Shown here: positions 8,615-18,709 of the stretch, one piece after another
How the letters are laid out: each line of letters starts with the position of its first letter
Position numbering within the stretch: the first letter of the stretch is position 1
NCBI GenBank assembly: GCA_965200315.1
Contig: OZ241362.1
Span: 4,032,001-4,096,000, forward strand
Reading direction: 5' to 3'
DNA: 64,000 bases
Origin: Candidatus Latescibacterota bacterium
GTDB taxonomy: Bacteria; Latescibacterota; UBA2968; UBA8231
Notes under the pieces: generated by a model
Told to the model about the DNA's origin: nothing
The model's input: the letters and a program-made list of their open reading frames with translations, nothing else
The model's database searches: none
Translations under genes and position numbers: made by a program

Positions 8615-10102
8615 TTAGAACCGTTCCAACTCCGGGAACTTTTCCTCGCCTCTATGCACGTGCATGGCCCCACCCTCGGCGCACCGCCGCAAGGTGGGAA
8701 ACACCTTGCCCGGATTCAACACCTGCTGAGGGTCAAACTCGGCCTTGACTCTCTCCTGGGCGTCCAAATCCGCGTCCTTGAACATGCACGGCATTAAATC
8801 CCGCTTCTCAATGCCAACCCCGTGCTCCCCACTCAACACGCCCCCCACCTCGACGCAGAGCTTCAGGATCTCGGCTCCTAGCGACTCGGCCTTCGCCAGA
8901 TCGCCCTCGACATTGCTGTCGTACAGCACGAGTGGGTGCAGGTTGCCATCGCCCGCGTGGAAGACGTTGGCCACCCGCAGGCCATACGCGGCCGATAGCT
9001 CGCCGATTCTCTGTAGCACCTGCGGCAGCGCACCCCGCGGGATGGTCCCGTCCATGCAGTAGTAGTCGGGGCTAATCCGACCCATGGCCGGAAAGGCCGC
9101 TTTGCGGCCGGCCCACAGCTTTTGCCGCTCGGCCTCGGTTGTGGCGCGGGAAAGCGCGGTCGCGCCGGTCTGCCGCAAGAGCGATTCCAGCGTGCGGCTT
9201 TGGCACTCGACCTCGCTTTGCGGCCCGTCCAATTCGACCAGCAAGAGCGCCGCGACCCCGAGTGGATAGCCCGCGCCGACAAAACCCTCAACCGCTTCCA
9301 CAGATAGCTGATCCATGATTTCCATGCCAGCTGGCACCATGCCTGCGGCGATGATCTCGGCCACGGCCTGGCCGGCCGCGGCGACCGAATCGTACACGGC
9401 CATCACGGCTTGCGCCACTTCTGGCTTGGGCAAGATCCGCAGCGTGGCCTCGGTGGTAATGGCCAACAGCCCTTCCGAACCCGTCAGCAATCCGAGCAAG
9501 TCGTAGCCCGCTTGGTCCATACCCTTGCCGCCGACCCGCACGACCTCGCCATCGGCCAACACCACCTCCAAGCCGAGGAGGTTGTTGGTCGTCGTGCCGT
9601 ACTTGAGGCAGTGTACCCCGCCTGAATTTTCGGCTATATTGCCGCCGATCGAGCAGGCTATTTGGCTCGAAGGATCGGGCGCATAGTAGAAGCCGCTTCG
9701 CTCCACCGCTTCGGTCACGCCTCGGTTGGTCACGCCCGGCTGCACGGTCACCGTGCGGTTTTGCAAGTCGATGTCGAGGATCGCTCGCATCCGCGCCGTG
9801 CTCAACACCACCCCATCTTCCCTCGGCAGGGCACCCCCCGAAAGCCCGGTGCCGGCACCCCAAGGGACGATGGGAATGTCGAGTTGGGAGCACGACCGGA
9901 GTACGGCCGCGACCTGCTCGGTGTTATCTGGCAAAGCGACCAGCATGGGCCGCTGGCGATACGCCGACAGGCCGTCGCATTCATAGGCGACTACGTCCTC
10001 GCGACGGTGAATGATCTGATCGGCGCGCAAGTGTTCGCGCAGGCGGCCAATGAGGGCTTCGCGGCGCTTGAAGCGGGTGGGATCGGGGGGGGGAAGTTGC
10101 AT
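8615..10102 (-). CDS. glcD: glycolate oxidase subunit GlcD-type FAD-linked oxidase
   Basis: GAGTGLSGGA, YAPDPSSQIACSIGGNIAENSGGVHCLKYG, NVFHAGDGNLHP, GEHGVG.EK. Confidence 0.9.
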   Translation of the reverse strand: MQLPPPDPTRFKRREALIGRLREHLRADQIIHRREDVVAYECDGLSAYRQRPMLVALPDNTEQVAAVLRSCSQLDIPIVPWGAGTGLSGGALPREDGVVLSTARMRAILDIDLQNRTVTVQPGVTNRGVTEAVERSGFYYAPDPSSQIACSIGGNIAENSGGVHCLKYGTTTNNLLGLEVVLADGEVVRVGGKGMDQAGYDLLGLLTGSEGLLAITTEATLRILPKPEVAQAVMAVYDSVAAAGQAVAEIIAAGMVPAGMEIMDQLSVEAVEGFVGAGYPLGVAALLLVELDGPQSEVECQSRTLESLLRQTGATALSRATTEAERQKLWAGRKAAFPAMGRISPDYYCMDGTIPRGALPQVLQRIGELSAAYGLRVANVFHAGDGNLHPLVLYDSNVEGDLAKAESLGAEILKLCVEVGGVLSGEHGVGIEKRDLMPCMFKDADLDAQERVKAEFDPQQVLNPGKVFPTLRRCAEGGAMHVHRGEEKFPELERF

Positions 10103-10105
10103 TGG

Positions 10106-11110
10106 TTAGTAGCCCAAGTCTTTGGCGTACGCAAAAAGCGCGGGGGTGCCGCCGGTATGAAGAAAGATAAGGCTCTGCTCAGGACGCCACCAACCAGCAC
10201 GCACGTGCGCCAAAAGCCCGGCCATGGCTTTGCTGGTGTAGGACGGATCGAGCAACAGTCCTTCTTGCTGCGCCAACAGGTGCAGAGCTTCATGGCTCTC
10301 TGGCGTGACCATGCCGTAGTCCGGGCCGACAAAGGCGGCGTAGCTTTCAAAATCCTCCGCTTTCAGCAAGAGGTCTAGCCCTAAGACTTCGGCGCATTCC
10401 CGCCCCAGCGCAGCATGTCCCTCTGCCGCTTGCTGGTCGTCGCGCGGCGAGGGACTGATGCCCACCACCCGCATATCGATGCCCAGCGCCTTGAACGCCA
10501 CCACCAATCCCACGTGGGTATGAGCACCCGAACACAAATAGATCGCCGCTGGCTCAACGCCCTGTTCTTCGCATTGGGCCAAAAGTTCCAATGCCCCATC
10601 GACGTACGCTACACTGCGGAAGATGCGTGCGTCCGAGCTAGTGTGGAAGGGACGGTGGCCGGCCGCGGTCAGTGCGGCCATTTTCTCGGCCACGGCCTGC
10701 GCCTGCTCATCGGGTGCAGGCAAGTCCACCTCCGCGCCAAAGAGGCGGGTCAACAGCAGGTTCCCCTGCGTCTGGGCGTGGGCGTCGTCGCGGCCGACGA
10801 CCACCGCAGACAGCCCCAATTTTGCGGCCACTGCAGCCGTCTGCCGCGATTGATTCGACTGGGCGGCGGCCGAGTGTACCAGCACGTCGCAGCCCTGCTC
10901 TACGGCTTGGGCGATCTGGTATTCAAACTCGCGGATCTTGTTGCCGCCGAAGGCTAAGCCGGTCAAGTCGTCGCGCTTGACCCAGATTTGCGGGCCGGTT
11001 AGGTGGGTGCTGAGGCGTTTTAGTTCCTCCAAGGGCGTGGGCAAGGACGCTAGTTGCAACCGCGGCAAGGCGGCCAACCGCTCTTTCAGTTCCTCTCGGC
11101 TAATAGTCAT
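10106..11110 (-). CDS. PLP-dependent D-cysteine desulfhydrase/ACC deaminase family enzyme
   Basis: PTPL, VKRDDLTGLAFGGNKIR, QSN, LLDPSYTSKA, FLHTGG. Start chosen at MTISREE, which follows a GAGGA RBS. Confidence 0.88.
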   Translation of the reverse strand: MTISREELKERLAALPRLQLASLPTPLEELKRLSTHLTGPQIWVKRDDLTGLAFGGNKIREFEYQIAQAVEQGCDVLVHSAAAQSNQSRQTAAVAAKLGLSAVVVGRDDAHAQTQGNLLLTRLFGAEVDLPAPDEQAQAVAEKMAALTAAGHRPFHTSSDARIFRSVAYVDGALELLAQCEEQGVEPAAIYLCSGAHTHVGLVVAFKALGIDMRVVGISPSPRDDQQAAEGHAALGRECAEVLGLDLLLKAEDFESYAAFVGPDYGMVTPESHEALHLLAQQEGLLLDPSYTSKAMAGLLAHVRAGWWRPEQSLIFLHTGGTPALFAYAKDLGY

Positions 11111-11255
11111 AGCTTCCTCTTTTTGTTTGTTTTGCCGTGTGGTTTCAATACAACGATTAAACAACCACCGGGCAAACTCATCATTTACTTCGGCTTGCCA
11201 CATTTGCCCTTTTGCTAAAAACCCTTAATTTCTAAACAGTGAGGCCCACATAACC

Positions 11256-11336
11256 TTCTACCCCTTTCTACCCCTCACTCTTCCCCAGTACAAATCGCTG
11301 TTCAAACATTCCCCAGTACAAATCACTGTTCAAACA
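11256..11336. repeat. short tandem duplications in a divergent promoter region
   Basis: TTCTACCCCT x2 (11256-11275) and the 28-mer TTCCCCAGTACAAATC(G/A)CTGTTCAAACA x2 (11281-11336, one mismatch). Confidence 0.9.
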
Positions 11337-11351
11337 AGATATAGGCCCGTT

Positions 11352-13643
11352 TTGGATCTAGTCGAACCAATACCCGAACGCCTATTGCCCCACATCCGCG
11401 GCGAATTGCAACCCGGCGAGCTACTCATCGTCCTTCTAGCCGCCGACATTCGCCCTGACGGGCAATACGGCGATTCTTGGTTTGCTCTCACCGACGAGCG
11501 GATGCTCGTCTTTCATCCCAATGGCACAGACAAGCCCGAGACCGTGCGCCTCGGTTTGGACGAAGTGCAAGGCATCCAGACCCGCAACTACGTGGGTAGT
11601 GGCGCACTCGTCGTCGAGCTGGAGGACGAAACTGTCGAGCTGTTGCGCTTTTCGCAGAGTGCGTACTACAAATTCTCCGGCGTACCCCAAGCCATCGAGG
11701 GCGCCGGCCTAGTCGAGGAAGAAGACGCAGACGAGGACGGGGTGCTGCATGTCGATCCCGTCAGAGTAGTAGAGCACTGCCCCACCTGCGGCCGCGCCCT
11801 CCGCTCCGGCTCCAAAGTCTGCCCCAACTGCCTGCGCCAGACCGAGACCTTCTGGCGGTTGTTTTCCTATATCAAGCCCTATAAAAGCCAAGCCCTGCTC
11901 GGGTTCACGCTGACGATTGTGCTGACGGCCATTGGCCTGCTGCCGCCCCAGCTCAACCGCATCCTCATCGACGATGTCATCGTCCCGGTCCTCGTCCAAT
12001 ACGAAGCCGCAGGTATCGCCGCGGGCGAGACGACTACGCCCCCCGCCGCGAGCGTCCCACTTCTGCTGTCGGTCGTGCTCGGCCTACTCGGCGTCTATCT
12101 CGGCCGCGGCATCATCAGCGGCGTGCGAATGTACGCCTTGGGGTGGCTCGGCCAGCGCGTTGTATACGATTTGCAAATGCAAATTTTCCAACACTTGCAA
12201 TTGCTGTCGCTGACGTTTTACAACACGCTCAGCACCGGTCGGATCATGACTCGCGTCACCAGCGATACCGAGCGCATGCGCAGATTTATCACTTCGGGAT
12301 TCCAAGACATCGTCATCGACGGGCTGACCATCGTCGGCATCTGCGTGATGCTATTTGTAATGAATTGGGAATTGGCACTTTTGTCGCTGATCCCAATCCC
12401 CTTCATGATCATCGGCACCATCATCTACCGCAGTCGCATCCACTGGATTTTCCACCGGATATGGCGTCGAATTTCCACCCTCAACGCCATGCTCGCCGAC
12501 ACTATTCCCGGCGTCAAGGTCGTCAAAGCCTTTGCCCAAGAAAACCGCGAGCTCGAGCGCTTCAACGAGCGCAACATCGACCTGCGCGACTCGCAGATGA
12601 CCTCGTTCAAGATGCGGTCCTATTACATTCCGACGATCTCCTTTACCACCTCGGTCGGCTCGATCATCCTGTGGTGGTTCGGCGGCAATCGGGTACTCGC
12701 CAACACCCTGACCCTCGGCGACCTCCAAGCATTTATCGCCTATATGATGATGTTCTACGCGCCGGTGCGCTCGCTGTGCAACCTCACCGAACAGCTAGAG
12801 ACCGCAGCAACAACGGCCGAGCGCGTCTTTGAGATCATCGATACTGAGCCCGAAGTCCAAGACGACCCCGACGCCATCGACCCTGGCCCGATTACTGGCG
12901 CGGTAGAATTTCGCAACGTCAGCTTCACGTACGACGGCTCAGCGCGCATTCTCGACCACATCCACTTTAAGGCCGAGCCCGGCGAGATGATCGGCATCGT
13001 TGGCCCCAGCGGCGCGGGCAAGTCAACCTTGGTCAACCTCATCTCGCGGTTCTACGATGCCACCGACGGCCAAGTCCGCATCGACGGCCAGCCCATTACC
13101 CGACTCAAGCAGCAGGCACTGCGCAGCCAAATCGGCGTGGTCTTGCAAGAGCCGCTGCTCTTCCAAGGTTCCATCGCCAGCAATATCGCCTACGGCCACC
13201 CCAACGCGACGCGCCAAGAAGTCATCGAGGCAGCCCGTGCGGCCAACGCCCACAAGTTCATCATGAATTTTCCCGATGGCTACGACACCCAAGTCGGCGA
13301 GCGCGGCGGTCGGCTCTCCGGCGGCGAGCGCCAGCGCATTTCCATTGCCCGCGCCCTGATCGGCAACCCGCGCATCCTGATCCTCGACGAGGCCACGGCC
13401 TCGGTCGATACCCAGACCGAATTTGAGATCCAAGAGGCACTCGAGCGGCTAGTAGCTGGCCGCACCACCTTTGCCATCGCTCACCGACTCTCGACGCTCA
13501 AAAACGCCGACCGCCTGCTGGTGTTGCAAAGAGGGCGCGTCGCCGAGGTCGGCACCCACGAAGAGTTGCTCAATATGGAAGACGGCGTCTATCGCCGGCT
13601 GGTCGATATGCAAACCGAAATGGCGAAAGTACGGGCGTTATGA
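11352..13643 (+). CDS. ABC exporter (TMD-NBD fusion) with N-terminal PH-like domain and zinc ribbon
   Basis: GPSGAGKS, LSGGERQR, ILDEAT, IAHRLST, six-TM domain, CPTC...CPNC. TTG start. Confidence 0.9.
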   Translation: MDLVEPIPERLLPHIRGELQPGELLIVLLAADIRPDGQYGDSWFALTDERMLVFHPNGTDKPETVRLGLDEVQGIQTRNYVGSGALVVELEDETVELLRFSQSAYYKFSGVPQAIEGAGLVEEEDADEDGVLHVDPVRVVEHCPTCGRALRSGSKVCPNCLRQTETFWRLFSYIKPYKSQALLGFTLTIVLTAIGLLPPQLNRILIDDVIVPVLVQYEAAGIAAGETTTPPAASVPLLLSVVLGLLGVYLGRGIISGVRMYALGWLGQRVVYDLQMQIFQHLQLLSLTFYNTLSTGRIMTRVTSDTERMRRFITSGFQDIVIDGLTIVGICVMLFVMNWELALLSLIPIPFMIIGTIIYRSRIHWIFHRIWRRISTLNAMLADTIPGVKVVKAFAQENRELERFNERNIDLRDSQMTSFKMRSYYIPTISFTTSVGSIILWWFGGNRVLANTLTLGDLQAFIAYMMMFYAPVRSLCNLTEQLETAATTAERVFEIIDTEPEVQDDPDAIDPGPITGAVEFRNVSFTYDGSARILDHIHFKAEPGEMIGIVGPSGAGKSTLVNLISRFYDATDGQVRIDGQPITRLKQQALRSQIGVVLQEPLLFQGSIASNIAYGHPNATRQEVIEAARAANAHKFIMNFPDGYDTQVGERGGRLSGGERQRISIARALIGNPRILILDEATASVDTQTEFEIQEALERLVAGRTTFAIAHRLSTLKNADRLLVLQRGRVAEVGTHEELLNMEDGVYRRLVDMQTEMAKVRAL

Positions 13644-14143
13644 GCGAGACACGCGGTTATTCGTACGGGGATTTTCTGCTCGACCCGCAAAAGATGCACT
13701 TCAGCCGCTCCGAGCGCGGCAGCTTGATCCTCAAGCTCGACAGCGAGGAATACACCGACCTTAAGATCCGCCGCGCCTTCCCGTTAGAAGAGTCCGACCG
13801 CTATATCGGCGTCTTTGCCGCCGAAGACCAAGAACTCGGCATAATCGAAGACCCGCAACAACTCGACGACCAAAGCCGCCAAGCACTTCTAGACGAACTC
13901 GACAAGATCTACTTTCAACCGCAGGTCCTCGCTTTCAATAGCCTCGACGAGGAGTTCGGAGTGCTGCGCGGCCAGATCGAAACCACCAGCGGCCCCCGCC
14001 AGCTCGAAATCCGCGGCTATCGCACCAATGTGCGCATGCTCTCCGGCAGCCGGGCCATCATCGAGGATGTCGATGGCAACCGCTATCTGATCGCCAACTG
14101 GCGGGCGCTGCCACAGAAGACGCGCGAGATTCTGGGGCTTTAA
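13640..14143 (+). CDS. DUF1854 family protein
   Basis: RRAFPL....YI, ELG.I, ELDKIYFQP, IIEDVDGNRYLI. ATGA-coupled to the ABC gene. Confidence 0.8.
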   Translation: MSETRGYSYGDFLLDPQKMHFSRSERGSLILKLDSEEYTDLKIRRAFPLEESDRYIGVFAAEDQELGIIEDPQQLDDQSRQALLDELDKIYFQPQVLAFNSLDEEFGVLRGQIETTSGPRQLEIRGYRTNVRMLSGSRAIIEDVDGNRYLIANWRALPQKTREILGL

Positions 14144-14220
14144 TGGGGAGGGGCGGAGTTATCCGCCCAATGATGCACGCGCTGCTTGAAAATGGCCTTG
14201 TCGGTGGTCGTTGTGCTCAT
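14141..14220 (-). pseudogene. 5' remnant of a YgjP/M48-like metallopeptidase gene following hsdR
   Basis: MSTTTDKAIFKQRVHHWAD starts 8 nt after the hsdR stop and is then truncated. The position is typical of type I R-M loci. Confidence 0.45.
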
Positions 14221-14228
14221 TGGATCGC

Positions 14229-16035
14229 CTATCTCTTATTCAACCGCGTGAACAGCGCATCTACGATTGGGGTGACTCGGTCGAAGTCGTCTATTTCTGC
14301 TAAAACTGCGAACGTAATTTCTTGACGCAGTTCGCGCCGTTCCGTTTGGCTCTCCTGCCAGTTCGGATGGGCAGCGAAAGCCGCCGCGACCTTCTTGCCG
14401 ATAGCTTTGGCATTACCGACCTTGGCATCGCGCAGGCTCGCATAGACAAAATAGGTCCTGTCGTCGAAACCTAACGCCGCCTGCTCGCTTTTCTGTTGCT
14501 CGTTTCTCTGCTGCTCAACCACTAGTGCGTTTAGAGTCTCTTGGGTGTTGAGCTGACCTTCCTCATAGCGTTCTTGGATGGCTCTTGCCCGTTCGGCCAA
14601 GTCCAAGAGTAGCAGAGCGTCGCTACTATCTTCGGCTGCCTGCTCCATGCTCTTGACCAAGTTGATGATCTTCGTCCCCTCGCCGCCCGACTTCTCGGCG
14701 ATTTGCTCCATCGTTTTTGCGTCGATCTTTACAGTTTCGAAGACCGGCTGGATGTAGCTCGTTCCAACGTGCTTCTGCACCGATTCGTTGGTCTTTTTCT
14801 GCAAGGCGCGATCTACATACACCCCTTGCTGATATGCTTTGCGGACTGTGTCGTAGATGGCTGAGAGCGTGGCATAGTTATCGATGAACGGGCCCAAGAA
14901 GGCATCCGGCGAGAGGATCTCATAGAGTATTTCGATCTCTTTATATTCCTTAAAAAATTCCTCGCGTCGTTCTTTGTCATGGAAGTGCTCAATTAGGGCG
15001 TTGACGTCGCGGTCATTGAATCTGTCGCTGATCTTTGTTCAACTCTTCAACGTCCGTCACCCCTTCTGCCTCGGGCAATGCCCAAAACTCTTTTTCCATC
15101 AACTCTGCATTTACCTGCATCTCGTTAGGGGCCAAGTTGTAGAACAGCGGCAGAGTCGTCTGATCGGCAATACTCTCGGCGATGGAGTATTTGTGCAGAT
15201 ACCCCTTGTCATCCTCACAGCCAAAGGTTCTGAACGTACCCTCGCCATACGTCGTTTTGTCGATTGGCGTCCCAGTAAAGCCGATGTAGGTGGCATTGGG
15301 CAGGCCGGCCATCAGAAAGCTGCCTAAGTCGCCGCCAGTGGTGCGGTGCGCCTCATCAATCAGCACGAACACGTTGGACCGCTCGTTGACCTTGGCTGGC
15401 ATGTCGCGGAATTTGTGGATGGTGGTAACAATGATGCCCCGATAGTCGTTATTGAGCAGATTGACCAGTGTGCTGATTCGGTTGGCATGTTTTACATTGC
15501 TCAGCCCCAGTGACGCCAAATTCTTGCACATCTGGTCTTCTAGTTCATTGCGGTCCGCCATCAGCAAGATGGAGGGCTTTTCGCTTGCAGGTGCCTTGAA
15601 CAGCCGTTCTGCGGCCTTGATCATAGTGAAGGTTTTACCGCTGCCCTGAGTATGCCAGACCAAGCCACGTGTGCGTTCGGGATCCAAGCAACGGTTGACC
15701 ACTCGCTCCACGGCTCCTGTTTGGTGTTGGGCCAAGATGTACTTGTTGAGTTCTTCGTCTTTCTCAGCGAAGACGATAAAGTGCTGGAGCAGGTCAAGGA
15801 TATGCCGACGGTCACAGAAGCTCTTGACTTTGGCCTCCAGTAGTCCAGCCTTTTCCTGTTTCCAGTTGAAGATGTTGCGGCGCACAGTGTTCCACGTCAC
15901 ACCGTAGGAGAAGCCGATGGCGTCTGTTGCGGCGAAAATCATCTCTGGCACGAACAGTTCGGGGGTTTCGTTGTGATAGCGGCGGATCTGATCTACACCG
16001 AGGGCGATGGCCTCATTCTTAGTGGAGTTCTTGCA
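14229..16035 (-). pseudogene. hsdR: type I restriction subunit HsdR remnant (N-terminus and helicase domain 2 deleted)
   Basis: CKN...GVDQIRRYH, WHTQGSGKT, LIDEAHR, GFTGTPI. Jumps out of frame at about 15032 into the C-terminal region (YEILSPDAFL). Confidence 0.85.
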
Positions 16036-16049
16036 TTTCGGCCACAACT

Positions 16050-16618
16050 TTATGAATCCAAAGTCCGCTAGGGGCAACATCACTGACACGAAGTACTTCC
16101 CAACTCTCCGGCACAGGTCCAATTTCCGTCTGTTTTTGCGGTTCGCCTCGTGTACCTTCGGTAAAGAGCTTGTGCATGAGAGCTTTCTTCAATTCGGCTG
16201 TGGTCTGAATAATCCGCTCTTGGGCTCCAATTGCCCGCTGTACCGTCGAAAGAACGTGCGTGATCTTCTTTTGTTCGGAGAGTGGAGGCACGGCAATCGG
16301 CAACTCGGCCAGCTTGGAGCGGGAAAGATTTGGAATCGTCGTGACGTTGCCGCGGCCGAAGTAGAGCTTCCCAACGTCAAAGGCATACCAGAACCAGTAC
16401 ACCACAAATTGGGGATCGACACGACCATTCAGCGACCGAAGCCGGTGAAGATGGTTTTGGTAGTAACAACTCCCGGCCTCGCCTCGCCAGAGGGCCGTGC
16501 GGCCGATGGAGCCACCTTCGCAGACAAGGAGGTCATCTGGTAGCAGCGCGAGTCGAGATTCCTCCATTTCAGTGAAGTTCATCTGATCGAGTTTTACAAG
16601 ATCGAGCCTGTTCCAGAC
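16050..16618 (-). pseudogene. hsdS: type I specificity subunit HsdS internal fragment
   Basis: GGSIGR..LW, YQNHLHRLR, IAVPPLSEQKKI..L, ELKKALMHKLFT.G, TEIGPVPESWEV. Confidence 0.85.
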
Positions 16619-17520
16619 CTCCTTTTTGCCAGCGCAGAGAATGAGGCCAAGCGGCGATTCTTCGCCAGCCTGCTGCTCGTGCTTGGCAAGCCAGCGGAGG
16701 TAAAGTTCCATCTGACCTTTGTACTCGGCCTTGAAATCGCCGAGCTTGAGATCTATGGCGATGAGGCGGCGCAGACGGCGATGGTAAAACAGAAGGTCGA
16801 GGTAAAAGTCGTCGAAATCAATCTGAATGCGCTTCTGACGGCCGAGGAAGGCAAAGCCATCGCCGAGTTCGAGTAGAAAGGTCTCGATTTCGCGCAAGAT
16901 GGCATCCTCAAGATCGCGTTCAAGATAGCGATCATTGAGGCCAAGAAAATCGAGCACATAAGGGTCTTTGAAAACAAGGGTAGGCGTGAACCGGTCGTCC
17001 TCTCGCAATTGAGTCAGTTCAGCACGAGCGACTTCTTCAGGCTTCCGGGAAATAGCGGTGCGCTCGTAGAGCATGGAGCCAATCTTGTCGCGCAAGGTGC
17101 GAACGCTCCAGCGTTCGACGCGGCACATCTCGGCGTAAAACTCACGCTGGAGGGGTTCCTTGAGAGGAATCAGAGCCAGAATGTGTGTCCAGCTTAATTG
17201 TCGTATCAGCGATACGACAATCTCAGGATCAGGAAAAACCTCGGCAAACTGCATCATGCGTCGTAGATTTTTTCCGAGAAGCTGGTCCCGTAGGCGAGCG
17301 ATAATTGTCTCCCCAGCGTAGAGACAATCTTTTTTCCGTAGTCGGCTCGTTGTCCCTGAAGAATCTCGCTCTGAATCCGCTTGCCAATTCTCCAATAGAG
17401 GCTCGTCATCCCCGCATTGACGGTCTGAGCAACTCCCGCACGGGTCTGCTCAATCATGCTCTGCACATCGGCAAGCAAGCCGTCCGAAGTGTCGATAATG
17501 TCGAGATATTCGTCGCTCAT
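16619..17520 (-). pseudogene. YhcG/DUF1016 PD-(D/E)XK nuclease, frameshifted and 3'-truncated
   Basis: LYWRIGKRI, LSWTH, KDPYVLDFL, DLLFYHRRLRRLIAIDLK.G.FK.EYKGQMELYL. One base is missing in the A-run near 17270. Fused in frame to the hsdS fragment after LCAGKK. Confidence 0.85.
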
Positions 17521-17594
17521 ACCCGATTATCCTGAGAATCTACTGGTGAAGTGCCTAGATTCAGTCCCATGCTTCCCCTTCAACCTTCTTTGCA

Positions 17595-17844
17595 TCACCG
17601 AGTCACCCCCAGTTGCTCAAGCATCTTCTTCAATTCCCTGTCCGTCTCCCGCGCCTCCGCTTCCACATCTTCCAACTCATCGAGAATCTCTCCAATGGGC
17701 CGATAGATCGCACAGTCGCTTAGCAAATACCAACGGCAAAATGAAATCCTTGTACTTAGCGGCGTCCTGCGCCCCACGAATGCTACACGCCGCATCCCAC
17801 AGCCACGATTCGAGCGACTTATCGCTCACATTATTTTCTGCCAT
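17595..17844 (-). pseudogene. hsdM: type I methyltransferase HsdM reduced to its first about 46 and last about 36 codons
   Basis: [34 protein letters not shown] joined out of frame at about 17706 to [20 protein letters not shown]. Confidence 0.85.
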
Positions 17845-17877
17845 TAATCCCTTCCTTTGAGCGCAAAAAACGTCCAC

Positions 17878-18687
17878 TCAAGCGGCAAAATACGCCCGCA
17901 TCTTCTCCAAACCGATCCGGGCGACATCCTCCGGCTCCGGCTCCCACAGCCCCGGATTAAACAGCTCCAGCGACACAAACCCCTCGTATCCTTGCGCTCT
18001 CGCCAGCCGCTCGATCTCGCGCAACGGCCCGACTCCATCGCCCGGCATCACTCGGTCGGCGTCGCTTTGTTCGGCAAAAGGCTTGTCGCCGGGAGCATCG
18101 TTCCAGTGCCAGACCGCGACCTTGTCGCCGGGCACCTTGGCGATGCTCGCAACCGGGCCGCCGCCGCGTAGAATGTGGAACGGGTCCATGATCAGACTTG
18201 CATCTGGATGGTCGGCATCCTCGGCGATCTGCCACGCCTGATCGATGGTGTACACGCTTTGCACAAAGCCCAAGTACTCCATCGCCGGGCGCACGCCGAT
18301 TTCTTTGCCGATCTCCAGTAACTCGCGATAATCAGCCCCGCCTCGACTCAGGTCGCAGGCATCCAGCGGCGGGCTGGCGACTATAAACTCGGCTCCTACC
18401 GCTACTGCCTGCGCCATCCGCCGCCGAACCTCCTCCAATGCCTGCTCCCGCGCCGCGCCCTCAGCCCCCAACCAACCGTGGAGTGCAATGACGGTCGGCA
18501 CCGCTAACCCGTAGTCGGTCAGTGCCTGCCGCACGTCCGCGAGCACGCCGCCTTGCTGCTCGTGCGCGGTCAAGTCATCGTTCCACAGCTCAATGCCCTC
18601 GTAGCCAGTCTGCCCGGCGATGCGGATTTTCTCCATCAGCGATGCCGGGCGAATTGTCGATGTGTTGAGTGCGTATTGCACCGTCAT
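17878..18687 (-). CDS. sugar phosphate isomerase/epimerase (xylose isomerase-like TIM barrel)
   Basis: GYEGIELW, AMEYLG, DPFH, HWND, DRVMPGDG, GYEGFVSLELF. AGGA RBS. Confidence 0.85.
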   Translation of the reverse strand: MTVQYALNTSTIRPASLMEKIRIAGQTGYEGIELWNDDLTAHEQQGGVLADVRQALTDYGLAVPTVIALHGWLGAEGAAREQALEEVRRRMAQAVAVGAEFIVASPPLDACDLSRGGADYRELLEIGKEIGVRPAMEYLGFVQSVYTIDQAWQIAEDADHPDASLIMDPFHILRGGGPVASIAKVPGDKVAVWHWNDAPGDKPFAEQSDADRVMPGDGVGPLREIERLARAQGYEGFVSLELFNPGLWEPEPEDVARIGLEKMRAYFAA

Positions 18688-18709
18688 GTTGCTTCCTTTC
18701 TCGTTCTTG

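Noticed and set aside
11281-11336. 28-bp repeat as a CRISPR array
   Set aside because: Only two abutting copies, no spacer and no cas genes.
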